From assembly GCF_006345805.1 (NCBI RefSeq), contig NC_042999.1, positions 160,084,001 through 160,148,000 on the forward strand: 64,000 bases of DNA, given 5' to 3'. Shown piece by piece: positions 53,588 through 64,000 of this stretch; position 1 is the first letter of the stretch; every line of letters begins with the position of its first letter. The translations under genes and the position numbers were made by a program. Source of the stretch: Octopus sinensis. Taxonomy: Eukaryota. The notes beneath the pieces are model-generated. The model worked only from the letters and a program-made list of their open reading frames with translations, had not been told where the DNA came from and ran no database searches.

Positions 53588-53862
53588 ATGTTTAAGAAAA
53601 TTGTATTACTGGGTTGGGAATTTTTTCATACAATAATGTGAACTCAAAATATTTATTGAAATGTAATTCTGAATATGTGTTCAAATATCTAAATCTATGT
53701 TTGGGTTTACATACATAAGTGTGTGTATATAGCTGGCAGGTTGACTTCTAATAGACATTGTGCAACAATATATTTTATAGATTCATAATAATGAACAATA
53801 TTCATTTACCCCTGACACTCATTAATTTTTCAATCTGTAATAAAATTTGTATTTTTTTTTAG

Positions 53863-54059
53863 ATGTTTTTCCAGGAACTTTGTGGGGTCGAAGTGGGTCA
53901 ATTCAAGCTGCTCTTAATTTAGAGATCCCTCTTGAGAAAGTAGCTTATTATAACATCAAGATGGAAGGCCTCAATGGTCAATTGCCAAACCTTGATCTGG
54001 TCAATCTAGTTGTGCGTCTTTGCCGGCGTGAAGGGGACTCTGTGAGGCTGCACAACCAG
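53863..54059 (+). CDS. GPAA1: GPAA1 coding exon 6
   Basis: ttttttag| VFPGTLWGRSGSIQAALNLE...EGLNGQLPNLDLVN...RLHNQ |gtatct; contains the hallmark EGLNGQLPNLDL motif; 197 nt, phase 1 to 0. Confidence 0.97.
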
Positions 54060-54248
54060 GTATCTTGAAATTCTTCATTCATATTTTGTTCAGTTTCTAT
54101 TTAAAATAAATTTTATTAAAATTATTATTATCTACCCCTTTAGTACTTCAGCAATTAATCTCATCATTGTGTTTCTATTTTCACTGATCTTCTGCTGATA
54201 TATAAATCCATTGATGAATATAAACTCCAGGCCTTTTTTCCCAATATA

Positions 54249-54475
54249 TATATTTCCTTACTACTCACAAGCCCCATACAGTGGGGACAAACAAGGACAG
54301 ACAAAGCGATTAAGTCGATTCCATCGACCCCAGTGCGTAACTGGTACTTAATTTATCGACCCTGAAAGGATGAAAGACAAAGTCAACCTTGGCGGAATTT
54401 GAACTCAAAACCTAACGGCAGACGAATTACGACTTCGCATTTCGCCCGGCGTGCTACCGTTTCTGCCAGCTCGCC
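54249..54475 (-). mobile_element. SINE family B with 18-bp TSD
   Basis: TSD GCCTTTTTTCCCAATATA (54231-54248 / 54476-54493); the empty site is present in the duplicate at about 59042. Confidence 0.9.
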
Positions 54476-54860
54476 GCCTTTTTTCCCAATATAGTTTCAA
54501 TGCTGTTATTGACCATACCACAACCTTATGGGATAAAAATAACAAACATTAGAAACTTACTTATAGACACAAAACTTCTTAATCTGAAACCTATGCAAAA
54601 TATCTGTCTTTCTGTCTGTCTTTAATTAATTTATTAATTAATTAGAAAATAGCCTAGTGTAAATAGAAATACAAAAGATAAAGTTAATGCTGTGGAAGAC
54701 CCACATTTTGTAGCTCATCCTAAAAACTAAGCATGTCACATGTGTTATCTTGAAGAAGCCTGTACATGAATCTTTTTAATGTCTGGAAACTAGAGAATAA
54801 AATTTGTTGCACAGTTTTTGACAGGGGGAGATTTCAATCCACTGGTCACCCCGAAACATA

Positions 54861-55261
54861 TCTTTATATATAAAAGTGAGGTTGTGTGCTGTCTGTCTCC
54901 TACGATTTAGATTCCTAACTACTCCCACATTTTGCGGTGCAGTTTAACCAAAACCGGGTATCTTATAGTCGTTATTCATATCGAGCCCTTCTGGGTATTA
55001 GCGCGCGTCTACGATGAGTCTATGATTTAAAAAAAAATTTACCTTCAATTTTTCCCATTTTTAATGCATTTTTGGCATATATAAGGGAAGTAACTCTCTA
55101 AAAATTTATTATTAAATCTCAGAACGTAAAAAGCTACAGTAACACCGCCCCCCCCCCTTGTGGTTAGCCATATTAAGATGGCTATTATACTTTACATCTC
55201 TAAAAATGCTTATATAGTTATTTCCCTTACAAACCCGAGCAACGCTGGGCGATACTGCTAG
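54861..55261 (+). mobile_element. Non-autonomous Helitron H1
   Basis: A|TCTTTATATATAAAA start, CCCGAGCAACGCTGGG hairpin, CTAG|T end. Confidence 0.85.
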
Positions 55262-55612
55262 TTGAATATAATATTTCTTTTTATGGTAAACTGAATTCAA
55301 TCATATGATTAATTCATTAATCTATTTAATCATATATTACACCATACACCATATAATATAATCTAGTCTTGCTATGAAAATTGCTTTGGCTTAACGCCCA
55401 AATTATGAGAGGGTTTTATCAGGAAGTAGATTATCAAAATTTCAAATCTTCTTAGATCCTCCTGTTGTACTCAAGCCAGGTATCTATAAATTGTCTAAAC
55501 CTTAATAAAAAGAGCATATGAAACAGTATATTGAACCTGACAGCATAGGAAGACAAAGTATGTTTACATAGACTAAGTATATTAATGATTATGTTCAGAC
55601 GCAGATTATGTT

Positions 55613-56103
<491 letters not shown>

Positions 56104-56439
56104 ACTAAATATATTAATGGCACTGTACAAATGACTATAGAATTTCTATATTCTTTGTCAAGATTTCAAGTGCTACAAACTTTACTAATCTGTTCTTCGG
56201 AATAGTCAAAAAAAAAAAAATAGTTAAAAAGGAAAAAAATGACCCTGTTATCTCTGGAATAGTCCGTGCTGGCTAAAAAGGAAGTTAATATCATTTGTGA
56301 GATATGCTTATTTTTCAGGTAAGTTTAGAAATAAATATGGAGGGGGAATAAAAGCAGTGTTAGTTAATGACTGACATTATTTTAATGGTTTGGCCATTAA
56401 AAAGTTGACTAGAAATATTTAGTGAGAGTTTTTTTTGAT

Positions 56440-56810
56440 GATGGCAATCCCTCAAGGCTGAGGATGATGGTCTTCGCGCAAATTTACTGGTGACTCCGTA
56501 GGTGACCGATAAGACCAATTCTTGCTTGAAAAGATCAGTCGCAGTGCGGACATCTAGTGCCGGAAGGGAGAGTCGCATGTGGTTGTTGTTGGTGCTCCTT
56601 CCGTCGTCGTCTTTTAGCCTCCAGCTCTGCCGACCTTTTCGACTCGAAAGTCGCCGTTCCCTCATGGATGGTGGTTTTCCAGAGTGGTCTGTTTTTTGCC
56701 GTTTCCTCCCAGTTGGTGACGTTGATGTCACACTTTTTGAGGTTCGTTTTCAGGGAGTCCTTGTAGCGTTTCTTCTGGCCTCCTTTTGTACACTTGCCGT
56801 CTTTGAGTGA
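56440..56810 (-). mobile_element. RTE (BovB-like) LINE 3' end
   Basis: GGQKKRYKDSLKTNLK..WEETAKNRPLWK..CPHC zinc-finger-like C-terminus. Confidence 0.85.
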
Positions 56811-56896
56811 GAGTAATACATTAGTCAATAACTATTTTTAATTTGTTTGGCAAATATTCTTTCTTTGTTGAATCTCCATAGATTTAATCTTGTAAT

Positions 56897-57308
56897 GGAT
56901 TTTTCGGTTTGAACGGCAGTTTTTTCTAGCGGTGTCATATGAAATTGTCACCCACAATTATGACCCTAGTATCGATCTATTGCATTTCAATCTATTTTAG
57001 GGTTAGGGGTGGGGGGAAGGGTATCCTTTTTTCTTCACAAATGTAAATAAACCCAATCTGTTTCTTAAATGAGGGACATATTCATACGGCACAGAATGTT
57101 TTTTTTACCTCAATAGATGTCATTGATTGGTTGAAATTGCAGAAATTGAAGAAAAAAAACAACAAATATCTTACAAACTATAGAATTTTCTCAATAAATC
57201 CAAGAGAAAAAGATGTTTTATAAACACATTCTACCAGTATACGAAGTTTAAAACTTTTTAGTTACCTAGAAATTATGTTAAAAACTGCTGTTCAAACCGA
57301 AAAGGTCC
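56897..57308. mobile_element. MITE family M1 just upstream of GPAA1 exon 7
   Basis: TIRs, perfect 8-bp TSD CTTGTAAT; ends 26 nt before the exon. Confidence 0.9.
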
Positions 57309-57334
57309 CTTGTAATTTTCTTTACTGTTCACAG

Positions 57335-57534
57335 TATGACTATTATGATCCGGATTCACTAAATGGATTCAAACATTCGTTACTGACGATGCTGCGTATG
57401 ATGAAAACTCAAGCATCTGGATCTCCTTCTGGCAACCATGGCCTGTTTCATCGCTACCATATCGAAGCTGTCACTCTTCAAGGTGTCTCACGAGCATTTG
57501 GGCAGAAAACATCAGATTTAATGGTAACTGGTCG
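57335..57534 (+). CDS. GPAA1: GPAA1 coding exon 7
   Basis: ttcacag| YDYYDPDSLNGFKHSLLTML...QASGSPSGNHGLFHRYHIEAVTLQG...DLMVTG(R) |gtaagt; 200 nt, phase 0 to 2. Confidence 0.96.
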
Positions 57535-57984
57535 GTAAGTATTTTTATTAAATCATCAGCCTCATTCATTTTTTTTCCATGGTTGAATTTTTATGTTGAG
57601 AGGCCTGCAATGTTGATCTATTCGAATTGTCTCTATTCTTTGCCAATGTTATTTCAATTTCAATTTCAAAATAGATTTAACAGCCTTATTCATAATTTTC
57701 TTTCACCCACCTGCTTCTAGTTCATTATTCTCATGTCTACTTTTCCATTGTGACACAAGTTACATAAGACTTAGTGAGATGGTGTTTTTGATCAGGTGCT
57801 CCTTCCTGATGCCAACCTTTTTAGGCGATACTTGTTCAAAAACCTGGATTCAAACAGTTGCATGAAATCATGTCACTTTTTACCACACTTTAGTTGCGTA
57901 ACAACAATTCTCAACATTTGGGTCGGTGGGGACAAACACTCTTTTGGCCCTCACATTCTAAATATCAGGCATGCATCCGAACGT

Positions 57985-58325
57985 GGCTGTAGCCAGTACC
58001 GCATCGACTGGCCTCCGTGCTGTGAGCACGTAACAAACACCATCCGATCGTGGCCGTTCGCCAGCCTCATCTGGCACCTGTGTCGGTGGCACATAAAAAA
58101 CACCATCCGTTTGCCAGCTCCGTCTGGCACCTGTGTCGGTGGCACATAAAATCACCCACTACACTCTCGGAGTGGTTGGCGTTAGGAAGGGCATCCAGCT
58201 GTAGAAACACTGCCAGATCTGACTGGCCTGGTGCAGCCTTCGGGCTCCCCAGACCCCAGTTGAACCGTCCAACCCATGCTAGCATGGAAAGCGGACGTTA
58301 AATGATGATGATGATGATGATGATG
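57985..58325 (+). mobile_element. Family C RTE-type 3' end with tandem repeats
   Basis: Core, repeat units and (GAT)n tail. Confidence 0.8.
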
Positions 58326-58988
58326 AAACAGGAGCAACTATCTCCCTCTTGCTATGCCTCTGCCTTGCTTTTGTATATTCTCATCATGTTTGTCTTGTAT
58401 GCATTTGAAGGTGCATGGCTGTGGTTAGAGCATCGGGCTTATAATCATGAGGTTGTGAGTTTGATTCCTGGTCCAGGCTGCGTGTTGTGTTCTTGAGCAA
58501 GACACTTTATTTCACATTGCTCCAGTTCACTCAGCTATAGAAATGAAAGGCAACGTCATTGGTGTCATGCTGTGTTGGCCTTTCCTTTTCCCTTGGATAA
58601 CATCGGTGGTGTGGAGAGGCGAGGCTGGTATGCATGGGCAACTGTTGGTCTTCGATAAAAACAACCTTGCCTAGACTCGTGCCTTGGAGGGGTACTTTCT
58701 AGGTGCAATCTCATGGTCATTCATGACCAAAGACAGTCTCTACCCTTACTCTTTACTCTTTATTTGATGAGAGTACATATATTTGATAGATGCAAGTGTG
58801 GCTGTGTAGTTAAGAAGCTTGTTTTCCTAACCATATGGTTCCAGGTTCAGTCCCACTGCATGGCATCTTGGGCAAGTGTCTTCTACTACAACTCTGATTA
58901 GGCCAACAGAAACTGAGAAAAGCCCATTGTGTGTGTATGTGTGTATGACTTTCTTTGTTTTAATCCAAAATGGAGATAAACACCGATG

Positions 58989-59304
58989 TTTTCACTGATC
59001 TTCTGCTGATATATAAATCCATTGATGAATATAAACCCCAGGCCTTTTTTCCCAATATAGTTTCAATGCTGTTATTGACTATACCACAACCTTATGGGAT
59101 AAAAATAACAAACATTAGAAACTTACTTATAGACACAAAACTTCTTAATCTGAAACCTATGCAAAATATCTGTCTTTCTGTCTGTCTTTAATTAATTTAT
59201 TAATTAATTAGAAAATAGCCTAATACAAAAGATAAAGTTAATGCTGTGGAAGACCCACATTTTGTAGCTCATCCTAAAAACTAAGCATGTCACATGTGTT
59301 ATCT
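58989..59304 (+). repeat. Dispersed duplicate of intronic segment 54178-54750
   Basis: Near-identical over about 316 nt, lacking the SINE and a 12-nt segment. Confidence 0.92.
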
Positions 59305-59431
59305 AGAAGATAATTTCTGAGGTATTCCTTAACATGAAACCAAGCCTTAATACACAATTAAAGAATCGTTATCCACCAATATGGTGTTGAGTGCTCATTC
59401 TCATCATTGGATGTTTACATATATATATATA

Positions 59432-59662
59432 TATTTCTTTACTACCCACAAGGGGCTAAACGCAGAGGGGACAAACGAGGACAGACAAACGGATTAAGTC
59501 GATTATATCGACCCCAGTGCGTAACTGGTACTTAATTTATCGACCCTGAAAGGATGAAAGGCAAAGTCGACCACGGCGGAATTTGAACCCAGAATGTAAC
59601 GGCAGACGAAATACGGCTACGCATTTCGCCCGGCGTGCTAACGTTTCTGCCAGCTTGCCGCC
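59432..59662 (-). mobile_element. SINE family B
   Basis: Full length. Confidence 0.85.
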
Positions 59663-60080
59663 TTCCTTACATATATATATATGTATGTGTACATACATGT
59701 TTGCGTGTATGCTTGTTCTAACCTTATGCAATGGTTGTAAATGAACACCATGAAAAGAATGTTCTCTTTTAGTCTTACATGAAATAACATGCCATGGGGA
59801 AATGTTGTTTTGCATGGAAACAGATGAAGGTTGGCAACAGAAAGGGTATCTCGCTTTGAAAATGTACTTCAATGAATTCTATCTGAGACATGCAAACATG
59901 GAAAATCATCATCATCATCATCGTTTAACGTCCGCTTTCCATGCTAGCATGGGTTGGCAGCTGTTAAAATGAATAAGATGTATTTGAGGAAAATAACTAT
60001 ATTTGTAGGGTGAAAACCCCTCCTGAATGTTGAAACCTTTACTGCCATGAGTTGCTATTGTTTTTTGTTTATTTTTACAG

Positions 60081-60234
60081 GATTGTGGAAGGCATATTCC
60101 GTAGTCTCAACAACCTTCTTGAGAGATTCCATCAATCCTTCTTCTTTTACTTAATGCCTGCTACCAACCGGTATATCTCCATCGGATTGTATATGCCACC
60201 TTTCAGTTTAATGACAGCTGCTGGTTTGATCAAA
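60081..60234 (+). CDS. GPAA1: GPAA1 coding exon 8
   Basis: tttacag| [26 protein letters not shown]...[10 protein letters not shown]...GLIK, followed directly by the U12 5' splice site ATATCCTTT at 60235; 154 nt, phase 2 to 0. Confidence 0.95.
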
Positions 60235-62436
60235 ATATCCTTTTCACCACCCTTTATTCAAAAGTGACAAAAAACTTAGATAAAACATAAGTTTTTAATA
60301 TCAGGTTAATTATCATCACTAACAGTTTTGTCTGTTTTTCTACTGTTTTTCTACACAGAATGGATTTGATTCTTCTTTTAAATTTTTTCTGTTAACCTCT
60401 TCATTACTTTTAACAATATGTTTTCAAGCTTTCCACAATGCTCCTCCAAATTCTATTATCATCCCTTTAGAGACAAAGCTTACTTAATGCTTCTGTACAA
60501 GCTACAAAAACGAAAATACTTCTTTAAAATTTGAATCTTAGTTGACATATAAAAGTACATATATTTGTGAAGAGAATGATCTTGTATACCTCTTTTTCTA
60601 ATATGTTAGGCCAATTTATTTTTCATATATTTTTGGCTCTCACAACATATCTTGTTATTTAACATTTTTATGTTTTATTGACATTAGTCTGAAGAATAGG
60701 TACTCTTTCTACTTGAGTTCTTTGTGACCGAGTTAAGGGGATTGTAGCTAAGATTTGTATTAAGATGTAAAATTTTCAATTGAAAAGTAAACATCATCAT
60801 CCATCATTTCGAATCTGGGTTTTGTCCTCGTCAACAGAGGTGACTGGATCTACCTCAATGCCATAGCAACTGCCCTCACACCATCTTGCTCCCTTCTCAA
60901 GCCAACCCTCCCAATCTCCTCCTCCACCTGTCCCCTCCACATTTTCCTCAGTCTATCTCGTTTTCGCTGTCCATTTACCTCAAAGTCTAGCACCCTCTTC
61001 AGAACATGCTCCTTGCCCCTCCTCAACACATGCCCATATCACTGCACTCCATTCACCCTTGTCAGCTGTTACACTGATTCCTCCAACCCCAGCATCCCCA
61101 TCAAGTCTTCAGTCCCCTTATCAAACAGCCTCACACCAAACATTTCTCTCACCATTGCTCTCTCAGTCCTTCTCAAAGTTGCCATCTCTCTCTCTCTCTC
61201 TCCCTCCCTCAAACACCATGTCTCACTCCCATACAGCATTGCAGCTCTCACACAACTCCTGTAGACTTTTCCTTTCGTCTTCAATGAGAACCTTTTCCCC
61301 TATAACAATGCTCCACATTCCCTGAACTTCACCCAGCCAAGTCTCTCTCTTGCTGTCACAGCTGCTTCACACCCACCACTTACATCCACCCTATCTCCCA
61401 AATAACAAAACCCTCTCACCATCTCCACCTCATCACATAGTATTCCCACTGATTTCGCCAGACCTCCACCTCCTTTCTCACATCTACAAACAAACTCTCT
61501 CACCAGTCTTGGGATCACCTTCTTCATTTTTGTACATCTACCATGAATCCATTTCTCACATCTCGTACATTTGCCATTACCCTCCTCCCACATACACCAC
61601 ATGGATCCACCTTACTCACTAACACTTCTCCTCCCACCCCACTCACCATCACCTTTGTCTTCCCGAGGTTTACCTTCAAGCCCTTGCTTTCAAATGCCTT
61701 CTTCCATTTCCAAAACTTTTCCCTCAATCCCTACATCGTCTCACTCATCAGAACAATATCATCTGTATACAGTATCTCCATTATCAATCCCTCTCTTGCA
61801 CTCTCCGTCAACACATCAACCACTTTTGCAAACAACATTGGAGACAACTCAGATCCCTGATGCACACCAACTTTAACTACAAACTCCTCTGACAGCTCTG
61901 ATACAATTCTCACTTTTGTCTCTACCCCCTCATACAAACTGGTCACTGCTCTCACCATTACTTCTAGTACACCTCTCTTCCTCAATGCCCATTCAATCAT
62001 ATTTCTTGGAACCCTATCAAATCCCTTCTCCAGATCAATGAAGCATATGTACAACTCCTTCCCATTATCTCGGTATTCCTCCTGTAATCTTCTTACAATG
62101 AACACTGCATCTATTGTCCCCGTTCCTGGCATAAAAGCAAATTGCATCTCATCCACATCTCCTTTGGCAGGATTCAAGTAGGCACAGGTTACAAGGAAGA
62201 AGCTAAGAGTTTTCTTTTTTTGTATGTTGAAGAGAGTTATTTGTACTTTCTTCTCCACTTGATTATGGTAAACATGATCACTGGAAGGCCATTTTTATTC
62301 AGATGAACATCATCATCATGATCATGATAATCCTACTCATCATTGATGTGATTTTTTTTTTTTTGTCTTCTATCATAATTTGCTCAAGTATACATAAGAA
62401 TGATTTAAAAGATACGTCCACCTTAACACATTTCAT
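60235..62436 (+). other. GPAA1: U12-type (minor spliceosome) intron of GPAA1, apparent AT-AT termini
   Basis: 5' site ATATCCTTT (60235-60243). Branch site CCACCTTAAC ends 62427, and the in-frame exon start follows ...TTTCAT at 62436. Vertebrate GPAA1 is known to carry an AT-AC minor intron at the equivalent K|A junction. Confidence 0.85.
60792..62190 (-). mobile_element. 5'-truncated RTE LINE inside the U12 intron
   Basis: QFAFMPGTGTIDAVF, FIDLEKGFDRVPR, GVHQGSELSP, LYTDD and AMLYGSETW motifs with frameshifts; (GAT)n tail at 60792. Confidence 0.9.
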
Positions 62437-62709
62437 GCCATTTCTTTGTGGATTGGTTCTGAAAAGCCAAAAGACAAAAATGAAAAGAAGCCACAAAAAA
62501 GTGATTTAAATTCTTCCAAGCTAGAAAAAGATGAAAAAGAACCTGAAACAGAGAAACAAGAGAAAGAAGTAGAGAAAGAAGACAATGAAGTGAGTCAGTC
62601 AAAGAAAGAGATTTCTTGTGAGAAGAAAGAAGAAGATCCACTGGAAAAATTGTCTAAAGATGTAAATGATATTGAAGATGATGACAGTTTGAAAAACGAC
62701 CCAGATGAG
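62437..62709 (+). CDS. GPAA1: GPAA1 coding exon 9 (gene continues beyond window)
   Basis: AISLWIGSEKPKDKNEKK...KNDPDE |gtaagt; AISLW aligns with recalled vertebrate ALELW after the minor intron; 273 nt, phase 0 to 0. Confidence 0.85.
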
Positions 62710-62897
62710 GTAAGTAGCAGGAACCATTTTGGGTAATAACTGTAATAGCTGGTTTAGCACAGTGACTTGATATCAGAGATCAAATCCACTCTACATCGGT
62801 TGGAGTGGAAGCAAAAGACTTCCGTTGCAAGTCTTTTTGCATTATTGGTGCGGTTGTGTGGTAAGAAGCTTGCTTCCCAACCATATGTGTGTGTCTT

Positions 62898-63626
62898 GCC
62901 TGGAATCGAACTCGGGCATATGGCGTAGTGGTTAAGAGCGCGGGCTACAAACCCCAAGATTCCGAGTTCGATTCCAGGCAGTGACTTGAATAATAATAAT
63001 AATAATAATAATAATAGCAATATCGAAAAATAACTTACGAATGAGAACCCAGGTTCGAAATTTCCTCAAGACGCCTGATGAAGGCTGGAGGGTATATCAG
63101 CCGAAACGTGTTAACAAACGAGATGAGGACATATATCCGTCAAATGTAAATAATGTAAATAATATCTCATCTCCTAAATAGAGAACTGTATTTTATCAGG
63201 AGTCCTAACCATCCTGTATATTGACAGGAAACCTGGACGTTATCAAAGAAGCTTGAGAGGCGGTTGGATGGAACCTACACTCGCCTCCTTATGAGAGCTC
63301 AAAATCTCTCGTGGAAGCGTCATCCAACCAAAATGCAAATATATGGGAAACTACCACCTGTGTCATCTCTTGTGAAAGGTAGGAGAGTCCAGTTTGCTGG
63401 ACATTGTTGTAGAGCTGAAAACAAGGCAATTTCTACTCTTCTCCTCTGGAAGCCATCTACTCGTGATACCAGAGGGCACACACTCTCCTACCCTGATGTA
63501 ATCTCCAGGGATACAGGCATCCAGCAACAGAACCTCCGTTATGCCATGATGGACCGTGAAGTCTGGCGTAGCATGGTAAATTCCATTGTCTCGATCACGG
63601 TCGAACAATGATGATGATGATGATGA
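62898..63626 (+). mobile_element. Composite retrocopy: inverted tag + tRNA-like head + hammerhead-like motif + RTE 3' end
   Basis: Flanked by TGTGTGTCTT (62888-62897 / 63627-63636). A-box TGGCGTAGTGG, B-box GAGTTCGATTCC, RTE C-terminal ORF 63264-63611, (GAT)n tail. Confidence 0.7.
63070..63112 (+). ncRNA. Degenerate minimal type I hammerhead ribozyme motif (Penelope-like-element type)
   Basis: GACGC-CTGATGA-A-GGCTG(loop)CAGCC-GAAAC-GTGTT. The core and stems I and II are present but the cleavage triplet appears to be missing. Confidence 0.6.
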
Positions 63627-64000
63627 TGTGTGTCTTATGTCTGTGTTTGTCCTGCTTGATAACAGGTGTTGGTGTGTTTATGTCTCCCATAACTTAGCGG
63701 TTCAGTAGAAGAGACTAATAGAATAAGTACCAGGCTTATAAAAAAACAAGTACTGAGGTCAATTCATTCAACTAAAAATTCTTCAAAGTGGTGCCCCAGC
63801 ATGGCCGCAGTCTAATCACTGAAACAGATAAAAGATAAAAGATATAAAGATAGTATTTACATACAAATATATAATTTGGTTGATTTGAATATAAAAACTG
63901 AAACCAAATGTACATAGGGCCACATCTCAGAAGGTTGGCTCTTCTCTTTGGAGCCAAAAAATACTTTAGCCTCTCACAATTACTGACACTCAAAGTTAAC

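Noticed and set aside
62428-62429. AC as the canonical U12 acceptor
   Set aside because: It is only 3 nt from the branch A and shifts the frame into a stop at about 62459-62461.
62785-62840. Two adjacent small hairpins after exon 9 (H/ACA-like?)
   Set aside because: No H-box hinge or ACA tail, and the stems are short.
62914-62980. tRNA genes at SINE heads (also 42855, 47521 and the family A/B heads)
   Set aside because: A and B boxes are present, but there is no complete cloverleaf or acceptor stem and each continues into a SINE body.

Overview
AT-rich, repeat-saturated animal genomic DNA. The microsatellite load and SINE/LINE families suggest a coleoid cephalopod, probably Octopus (inference, not a database match). 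One protein-coding gene can be reconstructed: GPAA1 (GPI transamidase subunit) on the + strand, with nine coding exons from the ATG at 40870 to 62709 (487 codons). All intron phases are consistent and the gene continues past the window end. Intron 8 is a minor-spliceosome (U12) intron that appears to have non-canonical AT-AT ends. Exon 9 encodes a long charged insertion. Candidate promoter/first-exon regions lie near 24.3-24.6 kb (possibly GPAA1) and 5.9-6.15 kb (possibly a minus-strand neighbour). The rest is transposon-derived or simple repeat: several tRNA-derived SINE families; RTE, CR1 and HERO-like LINE fragments; mariner, Tc1 and pogo relics; a solo LTR; non-autonomous Helitrons including a head-to-tail dimer; and GG..CC MITEs with 8-9 bp TSDs and internal TTAGGG repeats. 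A composite retrocopy joins a tRNA-like head, a degenerate hammerhead-ribozyme motif and an RTE 3' end. Most ORFs in the supplied track are microsatellite artefacts. Repeat boundaries are approximate unless a TSD or TIR is quoted, and family assignments come from recalled motifs, not searches.
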